A DNA stretch of 64,000 bases from Yuukianura sp. NJ FZ-2021 (lineage: Eukaryota), in contig CM102286.1 of the NCBI GenBank assembly GCA_046563655.1, positions 11,284,001 to 11,348,000 on the forward strand, given 5' to 3'. The position numbers and the translations under genes are program-made. The notes under the pieces were generated by a model, which saw only the letters and a list, made by a program, of their open reading frames with translations, was not told the origin of the DNA and ran no database searches. Of the stretch, positions 26,401-38,400 are shown in pieces (the stretch's first letter is position 1; each line of letters opens with the position of its first letter).

Positions 26401-29400
26401 GATGTTGGCCCAACGTGTCTGTCCGTCCTTGGTTTCTGGGACCTCCTCGACGATGCCTTTCAGCCAGCAGTTCCGGGGAAGGGAATCGTCCACGATCAAG
26501 ACAACGTCTCCGACCTGGATGGGGGTAGCCTTCTCGATCCACTTCTGGCGGTTGGTCAGGGTTGGCAGGAACTCACGAATCCAGCGTCCCCAGAAGTGAT
26601 CGGCCAGTCGCATCGCAAGTCTCCACTGCTTCCCAGGAATGAGGTCTCCATCGTCAAAGGCTCCAGGTGGTTGGTACCCGTTGGGTGTTCCGATGAGAAA
26701 GTGGTTGGGAGTGAGAACTTCTTCTGATTCCACGTCTGAGTCAACATATGTAAGCGGGTGGCCATTGACGGTATTCTCGGCTTCTGTGAGGAAGGTAAGT
26801 AGAGTCTCTTCTCGAGGTGTTCTTTCCTTCAGTACTGCATGGAGAGCTCTCTTTACGGCCTGAACCATCCTCTCCCAACTTCCTCCCATGTGTGGTGCAT
26901 ACGGCGGATTGAAATGCCATTCAATGGTTCTGATGGTCATCTCAGCACGAATCTTCTCTTGATCTAGTTCTTTGATGGCCTTCTGCAGTTCGTTGTTTGC
27001 GCCCACGAAGTTGGTGCCGTTGTCTGAGTAAATATGGGCTGGGTTGCCCCTGCGGGAGATGAAGCGACGAAGAGCCATGATGAAGCTGTCGGTTGAGAGG
27101 GATCCGGCTAATTCCAGGTGAACTGCACGGGTTACCAAGCAAGTAAACAGGGCACCATACCGCTTCTCATGTCTTCTTCCAATAGTCACTTCCATAGGTC
27201 CAAAGTAGTCAACGCCTGTCCTAGTGAAGGGTCTCTGGTAACTGTCGAGTCGTGCCAAGGGCAATGGAGCCATCTCTGGAGGTACTGGGCGAGCACGATC
27301 ATTTTTGCAACGTTGACAGTTGAACCAGGCCTTCTTGACTGCTTCTCTGAGACTTGTGATGCAGAACCGCTGCTTGAGATCATTGACAACTTGGTCCTTG
27401 TTTTGGTGTCCTGCCTTCTCGTGGTAGTGTCTGATCAGTAAGATTGTGTATGGATGTTTCGGATGAAGGATTACTGGATTCCGTTCCAGGTTTCCGATCT
27501 CAACATCAGCCTGCACACGTCCCTTGAGGCGAAGAACTCCCGTATCATCCATGTAGATTGACAAGCCTCGCAGTGGTGTGTGTAGCTGGTGTTTGGCTGC
27601 TCTGGGGTAATCTTTCATACGGAAGGCAAGGACAACGGCTGGATAAGATTCCTGTTGAGCCCATCTCCACCAAAAGGTCTCCGACTCGAAAAGCTCGGAA
27701 ATGGCGAAAGGTGGATAGGGGTGACTGCCTCCACGAAATCCGAATCTGACTGCGCGAAGAAGGTACCCGGTTGCTCTGATGAGTCGGGTCCATGAGGAGA
27801 ATCGTGAGATGTCGAAAGGACACTCACCTGCAGTCTTTTTCAAGTTTTCCACATGTCCACAAAACTCCTTCTTGATTTCTAATATCTCCGGATCTTCGTT
27901 CAGTTCTGATGGTTGTCCGATGGGCCACTGGTTTGGGGGAAGCTTCAGGAAACTTGGTCCATTCAGCCATCTGCTGTCTGGTGAGAAATCGCATGGATCT
28001 CTATCTCTGGTGGCTTCATCGGCAACATTCTGATGGGTGGAAATCCAGTTCCAATCTGTCTTATCTGTCAAATCCAGGATCTCACCTACTCTGTTTGATA
28101 CGAACTGCTTTAGACGACATGAGTCCATGGACAGCCAGCACATGACGGTGCGACTGTCGGTCCAGAAGAAACACTTCGTAGGCTGGATGCTATGCCACTC
28201 CTTGATGGATTGGGAGAGTCTGGCTCCCATGACTGCGGCCTGAAGTTCATACCTCGGAATGGTCATAGCTTTGAGAGGAGTAACTCGCGTCTTGGCTGCT
28301 ACGAAGGAAGTTTCTCCGGAGTCCAATCTGAAGTAGGCTACGGCGGAGTAGGCTAACTCACTGGCGTCGCAGAAGACATGAAGTTCAATTGAGTCAGCAG
28401 TGGAGAAGTGGTGGGAGTAACATCTCGGAATCTTGAAGGAAGAGATCGTTCTGAGGTCTTCAATCCATTCCTTCCACTTGATCCACAGTGATTCTGGTAG
28501 AATATCGTCCCATCCAATTCCGGCGCGCCAAGCAAGTTGCAACAGGATCTTTGCCTTGACTGTGAGGACTGCTGCAAAACCCAGGGGATCGAAAACTGAC
28601 ATTACCACAGACAAGGCTTCTCTCTTCGTAGGCGACTCCTGTCCGTCGAGGATCTCCTTCCTGACTTTAAAGAAACTGGTTGAAAATGTGAAGAAGTCCT
28701 CTCCGGGGTTCCACTCAAGACCAAGGATCCGCTCACTGGCAATGGTGTCTTTATTTCCGAAAGACTTCTGAGATTTGGAGCGGAGATCTTCTGGAATGTT
28801 CTGGATGAATGTGGGATCGTTGGATGCCCAGTTGCAGAGATGGAAGCCTCCATGTTTTTGAATCTTGAAAACTTCCTGGAAGTGAATCAAGGCCTTGGCT
28901 GAGGTGTCGCATGAATCCAACAAATCGTCCACGTAGTGACGAGCGACAATAGCATCCACTGCTCTGGGAAATCTGTCAGCAAACTGCATGGCGTTTTCTC
29001 TCTTGACAAGTTGAGCACAGTATGGCGAACAGGTTGCTCCAAAGGTCATGACTGCCATCTTGTACTGGTTTGGAGGGTTGACTCGATCCATTCCTCTCCA
29101 AAGGATTCTCTGACTGAGTTGATCTTCCTCACGCATCTTGACTTGGTGAAACATCTCTTTGATGTCGGCTGTGATGGCAATTTTTCTCTCTCTGAATTTG
29201 CAAAGAACTGATGGTAGGGGTCTGAGGATGTCTGGTCCACTGAAGAGTACGGAATTGAGGCTGACTCCGTGACTGGTGGCTGCTGCGTCAAAGACTAACC
29301 TGAGTTTTTCTGGCTTACTAACCTTGCTAACTCCAAAGTGAGGAAGGAACCAAGTCCGCGGAGATACTGTGTCCGCTTCTTCCTTCGACATCTTCTGGAG

Positions 29401-32400
29401 GTAGCCTGAATCGATGTAGTGTTGGACATTCTCGCAGTACTTCTTAGCGTAGACAGGGTCCTTGTCTAGTTTCCGTTCGATGGAAGAGAGTCGCTGGAGT
29501 GCCATCGTCTTGCTCTCAGGCAGCGTCACTGTCTCGTCCTTCCAAAGAAGTCCAACCTCGTATCTGTCTCCGACTCTGCGAAGCGTCCTCATTGCAATTT
29601 CTTCAGCCTTCTGCTCGTCCTTGGTGTAGGGAGAAGAGATAGTGGGTCTGACGCCGAACTCTTCTGTGCTGAAGTACTGCTTCACTAATTGATGCAAGGG
29701 ATCTGATTCTGTAATGCTGTAGACTCCATTCACAAGGTTCACTGTCTTGCATTCTGCTGGTAGGGCCATCTTCCCGTAGACCATCCACCCGAGTGGCGTC
29801 TTTCCCGCTGCTGGGCTGTTCTGACGACCTTTCCGGACCTCTGTGGGTGTAATCAGCTCATGGTGCGGAAGGCCAATCAGGATCTTCGGCCGGACATCTG
29901 AATACAATGGAAGAGGCAATCCATCGAAATGCTTCCATTCTGAGAGTTGTGACGGAGTCACGGTGCCGGCGCGAAGAGTCAGTGACGGGAAAGTACGTAC
30001 GTCGGTGATTTTGAATGATTCTCCGGTAGTGGGATTGACAATACTTAGTGATACTGAACGTGATGGGATTTCTGATCCCTGACTGTGACTGATTGTGGAG
30101 AAACCAAGTGGTTGTCTCTTACCTCGGAGTTGAAGTTGGTCCGCAAGTTCTTCGTCTAGTAGAGTATAGCCAGATCCCGGATCCAGCAGAGCATAAGTGG
30201 AGACTTCTCCCTTCGGACCTCTAAGTGTGACGGGAAGAACTTGGTAGGTAACTTGACTGGAAACGTGTAGCTGAAGTGGCTCGACGTGATTGGTGGCAGG
30301 AGTCGCGGTCCGGTGCAGAAGCTGATGGTGGAAGTAACTGCAGTCTCCAACTGTGCATTTCTTCTTGGAACGGCAATCTTTGGTTCCGTGGCCGAAGTTG
30401 AGACATCCATAGCAAAGCTTCCGGTCCTTGACTGTCTTGAGGCGAGCTTCCAAAGTGGCTTTCTTGAACTGGTCGCATCCTTGGATGCGATGTCCATCTG
30501 TCTGACAATGTTGACATCGGGTGACTTTCGGTGTAGACTGCTGCTGCTGAGACTGAGGCGATGAATCTTGAGATTTCTGCTGAGAAGTCTGTTGTTGAAG
30601 TGATGTTTGAGACGTCGACGGAGTTGACTGGGTAGTACTTCCTTTTTCTGTTGTCAGTACTGATCTACTGGTTTGTCTGTCACTCCTGGACTTCTCCTCT
30701 TTGAACTTCGGTGTAGAGATTCTGCAAGCTGTCCTCACCTTCTTCATGATCCAGGCTTCAAACTTTTCCAGTGACGGATCCATTTCATCCTCGGAGTCTT
30801 CTCCCCACTGTAGTCGAAGGCTCGTTGGTAGTTTTTTAACTAGGTCCTCAAGCATTTGGAAGTTATGGAGACAAGACTTTGACTGAAATCCTCGGAGTGT
30901 CTCCATAAGATTACTCACGTGTCTTCCAAACGCGATGAGGGATTCCAAATCGTTCTCTTTGAGTACTGGGATCGTCTGCAGCTTGGACAAGAAGTGTGAC
31001 AAGATGTGGTGTCTCTGACCGTAGCGAAGTTCCAATCTTTCCATAATCTTCGGCACGTTCTCTGGGTTCTGTAGCAGGCATTCGACCTCTTTGTAGGCTT
31101 CTCCCTTCAAGCATCGACGAAGACGGTGAAGATTCTCGTAGTTTGAGAACTCGCATTTCTCTGTTGACTGGGTGTATGCTGTGTGGAAAATCAGCCACTC
31201 TTCTGGACGACCATTGAATTGAGGAAGATCACTGCCGTAAGCTTTTCTGGCCAGCACCTTTTCGGAGGTGGAGGAAGTAGTTACCGGTTTCAACTGTTCC
31301 AATGCCTTACCGAGGGCCGCGGCAATTACCTCTCCGACCTGGACAATTTCAGATTTGGCTTCTGACTGGTGAATTGATGCTGGTGGATGCTCTTCCTTGA
31401 TTGAGTGGTTTGACGGTGGTTTTGAAGGAACTGGAGATGGTGGACCGGACGGAACGTTGTTGACCCAATCCTGAGTACTTCTATGTTGAATCTCTGGACG
31501 GTTGGCCACCGGTTTAGGCCATTCAACGAGTCCCATTTCTTCCAAAATGTCCTGCTCTTCGTCTGCGAGGTTCTCCAGTTCCATCTTCAGCTTCATCTCG
31601 GCGATCTCCTTGTCCTGGCTAGCTGTCAGCTCGGCGAGCTTCCGGTCCGCTTCCATTGACTTGAGTCGTGCTGCTAGCTCCAGTTCTCGCTGCTTCTTAC
31701 GAATGGTTGACCTGACTGAGGCGTGACTGACATGTGATACGACACTTCTGGTGTCGTCTTCTGGTTGGATGACAATTCCCTGTGGACTTGCCCTGACTGA
31801 TATGACGGTTTCGGCCTCAGTGTCTGCCAATTCTTCGCTGGGTGGATTTCGAGATGAATGCGGAAGGTCTGCCATAGCTGAAAACGGGGACTGAGATTAG
31901 ATTGGTAATGTAATGATACGTTTGGGACGATATCACCTGATGTAGAGCCCTGTAGGTTTTTTGGAGCTGGCTCGGTGCTCACATAGACCTTATAAAAAGG
32001 TGATGACTGATGTCCAAGTGGGATGTCTTCCTCTGGTTTACTGCTCGTCAGATGGCTGGGTCGATCCGGTTCGAAGGACCATGTAATTTCGATAGCTCCT
32101 GAATTTTTTGAGCACAATATAGAACAAGTCTGAGTAACTGAACTGCCGGAAACAACTCAACCGAAACTGTTAGCATGAGGAGGACTGTGGTATAGATGTA
32201 TCTGTCGGTGTGTAAGGCCGGCCAAATACTACCACGAACGGTATCCCAATGGCTATATGAAGGATGGGTTCACACTATAACCGTTGTCGATTTCCCAACG
32301 TCTAATGTGACTGTCGAAAGTCGAAAGTCTAATGCCGAATGTCTAATGCCGAATGTCTAGTGCCGAATGTCTAATGCCGAATGTCTAATGCCGAATGTCT

Positions 32401-35400
32401 TGTGCCGAATGTCTAATGCCGAATGTCTTGTGCCGAGTGTCTTGAGTCGAACGTCTAGTGCCGGGTGTCTAGAGCCGAGAGTCTAGTGCCGAGTGTCTAG
32501 AGTCGAACGTCTAGTGCCGAGTGTCTAGAGCCGAGAGTCTAGTGCCGAGTGTCTAGAGTCGAGCGTCTAGTGCCGAGTGTCGACTGCCGAGTGTCTGATG
32601 CCGAGTGTCGACTGCCGAGTGTCTGATGCCGAGTGTCGACTGCCGAGTGTCTGATGCCGAGTGTCGACTGCCGAGTGTCTGATGCCGAGTGTCGACTGCC
32701 GAGTGTCGAGTGTCGACTGCCGAAAGTCTAATGCCGAGTGTCTAATTCGACTGTCGAATGAATGAAACTGAGAACAAGAGAACTTCCGACCAAGAGAGTG
32801 TATTCTGAACTGACTGATTACTGATTTCTTACTGACTGTCGAACTGAAATACACAGGTATTTATAGAGGAAAAAGGGGGAGGAGTCAGAAGAAGCAAGAT
32901 CTTACCACCCAAACGTGATGTCCGGGGGTAACATCTTACTCCTTCCTATCCCTTAGCTGCTGAAAGAAAAGACTTATCCTACTGAATGAATAACCTAGGG
33001 GGAGGGCTGACAAAGGGGAAAAACCATATCTGAGCTTAAACTAAAGGGAGCAGGGGTTAACAGGGGGAATTCCAACTTAACCTAAAAAACTGTTAACCTA
33101 TACTGCCTATATCTAGAAGACCTATAACTAGATGAATGCCTAAACTAGAAGAACGCCTAACTACGGGCACGTCCATAAGGGGAGGGCAGACGATCACTGA
33201 ATTAAAATTTAATTACCAGAAAAAATAAAAAAAAGGACATCGTCGCTACACAGAAAACGTGTTGATCTAATAGCAGTTGAGTTAACTAAAAATAATATTA
33301 ACATATGACAAGCTACATGAAAGCAGCTGCAATCAGATTGCTGTACAAGCATGAGAAATTAATTTTGATCAAACGTTGTTTACTGTTTTACTTTGTAAAA
33401 ATATTCAATAAAGTTGCGATTAGTGATTTGAATTGCTTTACAGTACTTTGGTACTTGCAGGTATGTTGTTGGTAAAAATTTAGTGTTGCACAAGTTGTGT
33501 TGATGAAATTGCAAGGAATGGCCTGATTGTACCTGAAGAGGAGAGCAGGGATTGTGAATTGAGGAGATCAAGAGAGCGAGGGAAGAAGAGTCTCGTTTAA
33601 TTGATCAATAAATCTTTATCAGACGTCTTTCATTTCCTCTTTTCTCTCATTCCTTTCCCTTGCTTTCTCTCTGCTCAACTTCAAAATTCCGCGCTTCCTC
33701 AGCCACTACCTTCAAGCACTTTCTTACGCTCCCAAGCACCAATATTATTATTATCTTCATGCAGTACTCATCCAGCAACAGAAAGCAATCTGAAGGACGC
33801 ACAGAAAGCACAAAAAGTTCAAAGCCTTTCTTTTTCTCGTTTTCAAAATGCAGTTTTTTATGTCTCACAAACTTCCGTTTCAATTCGGATTCACATTAGT
33901 TTTCAAAGTTTCTTTTCTGTCAAGGTAAACTTCAATGTTTTTCATCAAATTCTTTCCTTTCGCTTCATGAACTTTGTTTTTACTTTCATAGTCAGTTCAC
34001 AAAATCATCACAGTGAGGCTTCCATTGGACATGACAGTTTGAGTTTTGGCCAGTTTCACGGTTTGAATTTACAAATGTAATTCTTTTTTTTGTTGAAAAA
34101 GTTAGATTTTGAAAATATACTAGAATGACTTTCAGAAACCGACAGATTCGATTTGCTCTTTTATAAAAATCGTGTTTCAGCGACTTGACTAAATGTTGGC
34201 TGAGTTCAATGATTTGACTTTAACGGATTTATTGTTGTTTAGTTTTAGTTGTGGGCGGTTCTGTTGAAACGGAACAATGCTGCGGAGTGACATTGACACA
34301 CAACAATGATTCCTAATTCAGAAAGTCTTTTGCAAAGGGAGGGCCCTTCAAAGGGCCTAATAAATCTAGGAAATCCTTCACCATGGTCCAATCCCACATC
34401 ACATCAGCTTTATTCCTTCTTCTCAATTTGTCTTCCTCTTCTAATCAATTTATTTCATTTCATTTCCTCCCCACTTTCTCCCAAGAGCACCCCACACAAC
34501 CAACCATTACTTCATCATTTGAGGCCATCCACCACTCGTTTGTCTTTCCAATAATCCAACAACTCAGTAGACCCAGCCTAACCAAAGACCTAACTCTTAG
34601 GTTAACCTAACATAAGTTTTTGAGTTAACCTAACGTCTTGAGTTGGTGGGGGAAGGTCATGGGTAGGAGAAAGGGAGCTTTAGATTTAATAGTTTTTGGT
34701 TAACTTAGACTGAAATGATGACTATTTGGTCATGACTTTGGAAATTTATGTTAAAAAGTAATAGAAGAGGTCATAGGCAGGCTGTGTTGGAAAGTGAGCT
34801 CGATGATAATTCGATTACAATCTACCCGATTTTCCACGTTTTGCTTTCACTTTTCCAGTTTCCACCCCTCCCCCTCTTTTGGCTTGCTGGCTGAGAGCAA
34901 GGGGGGTAAAGGGGGCGGGGTAAATGGGGGCGGAGAAAATAACATGAGTCAAAATAAATGGAACAGATGCTGATTCTCTGGTTGCAATTTATGAGATGGC
35001 TTTACAGTCCTGGTACAGGCACTGGCGCTACTTTCAAAATGTGCAAATGTACAAGTAAAAGTGGAGAAAGCAGATCCATACACACATAGGACACACCGCA
35101 GTACAGATAAAAATCTAAAAAAAAAATTCAGGTTTTTGGCAACCAAGCCATAAAACGACGTTCGCAAAATGGTGAATTCAGTTTTCCTTTTCTTCAGTAT
35201 CTTATTTACTCAAAAACAAATTTAAATAATTTCACACTTCCAAAACAACACTGACTTAAAGTTGACATTTTGTTTTAAACTTTCGTTTTTGAAAATACTC
35301 ATTCTTGCTCTAAAAACATATTTTCAAATCCATTGAACGCTTTGTCAAGTATTCTTCGTAAGCGTGAGTGGAGAGTAAAAGCAGAAGTTATTAATTTAAA

Positions 35401-38400
35401 AACCAATTTTAATTTTGCTCATGTGAAAAAACGTTTGAAAAGCTTTAGAAGAACATAAAATCTATGGAATCATATTTTATATAGAATTCATTTTTTTTTT
35501 TTTTGAAAATTGACATTTTTATTGAAGAAATGAAGAGAGTGAAATGTGGATATTTTATTGAAGGGATAAAATACGTGCAATGCGGATGAAGATGTCTTGA
35601 TGAAGGAAGGGAAATGATGAATATGAAGATTGAGGCGCGTGAAAGCGTCATTTCGTGAACCACTTTCACGTACCGTACGTTCGTTCACTGTCACTCCATT
35701 TTATGACTCTATTGATGGCCTGCACTCGACACTTTTACGTTTCTGAAAAAACAGGCTCTCTTACGTGAGTAGAACATTTGTAGGCGAAAAACGCGGCGCG
35801 TTGCGTAAGGTGACACTGTGGTTACAGGAAAAATCCGTTTTCTCTTCTCTCTTTTATCAGACTACAAGGTTCACCAGTATATCTAGCCTTCAACCGTTAC
35901 GATTTTTGTTATTTGAAAATCACTTCGCCAATGTTAGTTTAAATTTAGTGCGAATTTCTTAAAATTAAACTCTAATTCTTACGTTGACATGGATTCCGTC
36001 TTTGGGAAAGACTTGTTGCGGCGGACTCTCTTTGGGGAGGTATCTGTAGAATTCCTCTGGTCCATGGTACCACTTGACAGCATAGAGAGATCGCGTGTCA
36101 ATGTCATACTGACATGTCAGGGTGACCTCTTCGCCTTCTCGCACATACGAAGGCGCGTCGAGTCTTATTGACTTCAGTCCATCAGAACCTGTAGAAACAA
36201 ACACAAATCAGACGACACCACAGAAACTTAACACAACTAAAATTTGACAGCTCAGTGCAATTATAGCTTGCTCTTTGCCCAAGTCAAACTTTTTCCAATA
36301 TTGCGTAACGCTATATACCAAAATTGAAACAATTTTAGCGATTATGGCCAACATTTATTCCATTTATTCGGGTTTTGCTTTTTTTGCTGCTTCTTTTAAG
36401 TTATAGTTTCGTTATTTCGAAGTAGTATTTCGTTTTAAATTTGCAGAAAAAAAACGAAAAAGTTGTTTGAAAGAGCAGCAATGTAAGTTAAGCCAAACCA
36501 CGAGTGGTCAAAGGTGTTTTCTCCGCCAGATGACCTGTTCAGGGGTCATTTTGATCTATGAGGTCATTAACCTCAGCTGGGATGAAACTGAGCCCATTTC
36601 AACAGTCCACACCAGAAGAATCATAGAAATTGCTTTTTCGTCTGGATCCAGAATTCTTCATTTCCTCTGCCTAACGTGTAGTAGCTGTCGAATGGGCGTA
36701 TAAGATGATGATGAATTTGAGATTGAAGGGACGGCGGTTGTGGATGGGATCCATCTTTCATGTGTCACCACAAGTGAAACTGGGAACTGTAGCACACCGT
36801 GCCATACGGTTAGCACAAAACTAGTTTGTTGTACTTTTGTATACAACTAACCATGTTCCTTCCAGGCTCAAACTTTGTATGTCACAGTGCCAGTCTCCCA
36901 GAAGAAGTGCAGTCGAGCGGAGAGGGATGGAGGAAAAGTTTCTCCTGCAACTTCTGCTTTCTCTTACCTTCTTTTTCTACACGGAGACTGCTGGCGAGCT
37001 AAAGTGGAAGTAGTGGCTAAAGGCTATTGAGCCACCACAGAACCACTCAACTGTTTGATCTCCACTGGGACTTTCACTTTTTCATTTCTACTTCCTTCTT
37101 TTTCAAAAAGAAAACTTCAAAATTGTGTCGATTTTGAAACCGGGCCACGCATACTACTTAAGTTTACTAAGAGTTGGATATAGTGTAGTCGGTCATCTGA
37201 TTTTCTTAACACGTACTTTGGAATTGTAACACTTAAACAGAAAAATACATCAATTTTTTTTAAAACTTCAAAAAAAAATGTAGAAGCAAACCTAACAAGT
37301 CTACGTTCTAAAACGGATCTTTGAAGGAAAAACCTTATGTACACAAAAAATATTGTCAGTGAAAAAAAAACACAGCACCGAGCATGGTAAACGCAAAACC
37401 TTAAACCATTAAGAACAAAAAGATATAGAAAAAGACATATTTTTTTTTTCAAAAGTAGGAAGCGGAAAACATCTCTGAAAAGAGGAAGCTTTATGAGTTA
37501 AGAAGGAAAGACGGAGGAGGTTTTTGAAAAAAGAAAAAAAAAAGCTGAAGACAGAGACACAGTTGGAAGAAAGTCATGCCAAATTGATTTTCGATACAAA
37601 AGGAAAAACTGGAGAAAAGCAGAAAAACGGAAGAAAAAGCTGAAATTCCATCAATTTTTTCTTGCCCGTTTGCTTTTGTTACAAAAAATGGGTAGTAAAT
37701 TCCATTTTGGGAGATTTTGTCTTTTGGGCTTTTTCTGGTAAGGGGAAAGTCAGCTTTCCCCAAATGCAAAAAAAAAGTTCAGATTTGGATCTCTCTTTTT
37801 TTTCTTTTGAATTCCTTTATGGCGGGAATAGGAAATGACCAAAAGGAGATGAAAACGAAATGTTTACTGGAAATGAAATCATAACTTACGCTACGCAGAG
37901 AGTAAGCATATCTTTACTTCGAATAGTCTAATCCTCATGTTAAGGTCCCTGTCCTGTCTTTCTTTTCCGAAAAAAAAATTCAATTTAAAAAACTTTTTAG
38001 ATTTTGAAATTTTGTGTCATTCATTAACCGTCTAAGTGATGCACAAGAACACAAGATCACTAAACTTGGTAAACAGAAGGAACATAAATTGACTTTTCAG
38101 AACTCCGACATTGGAAAATTGGGAAAAAGAAAAACGAAAAGCTGATGATGAGATTCGATCAGGAGTGCGTTTGCCCCAACTTGATCTTAACCTAACATTG
38201 TGCTAAACCTAACCCAAAGCCGAACTTTCTCTTTGTTTGTTGCATAATGTAAAAGTGTAATTTAGGTTTAAGACTGTTTTGGTGAAAATTGCTTTGGTGA
38301 AAGTTATGTTAAGCCAAAGGAGCAAGATGGGAAAGAGGTATTATAAAGTACTGCTAATGGTAAACTCTCTGAAGGTTCCCCTCCGCCTCCTTTCTCTGAC

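Larger units (their letters stand above)
25117..33250 (-). mobile_element. Full-length BEL/Pao LTR retrotransposon (8134 bp) in beat intron 2, same orientation as beat
   Basis: LTRs 25117-26284 and 32082-33250 differ at only a few positions. 5-bp TSD CAGAA (25112-25116, 33251-33255), PBS TGGTCCTTCGAACCGG on the minus strand, polypurine tract GGGGGGGAA abutting the 3' LTR, one intact 1846-aa polyprotein. Confidence 0.97.

Noticed and set aside
26348..31726. Numerous overlapping and antisense ORFs within the BEL polyprotein
   Set aside because: Expected shadow ORFs of a long GC-richer coding region.
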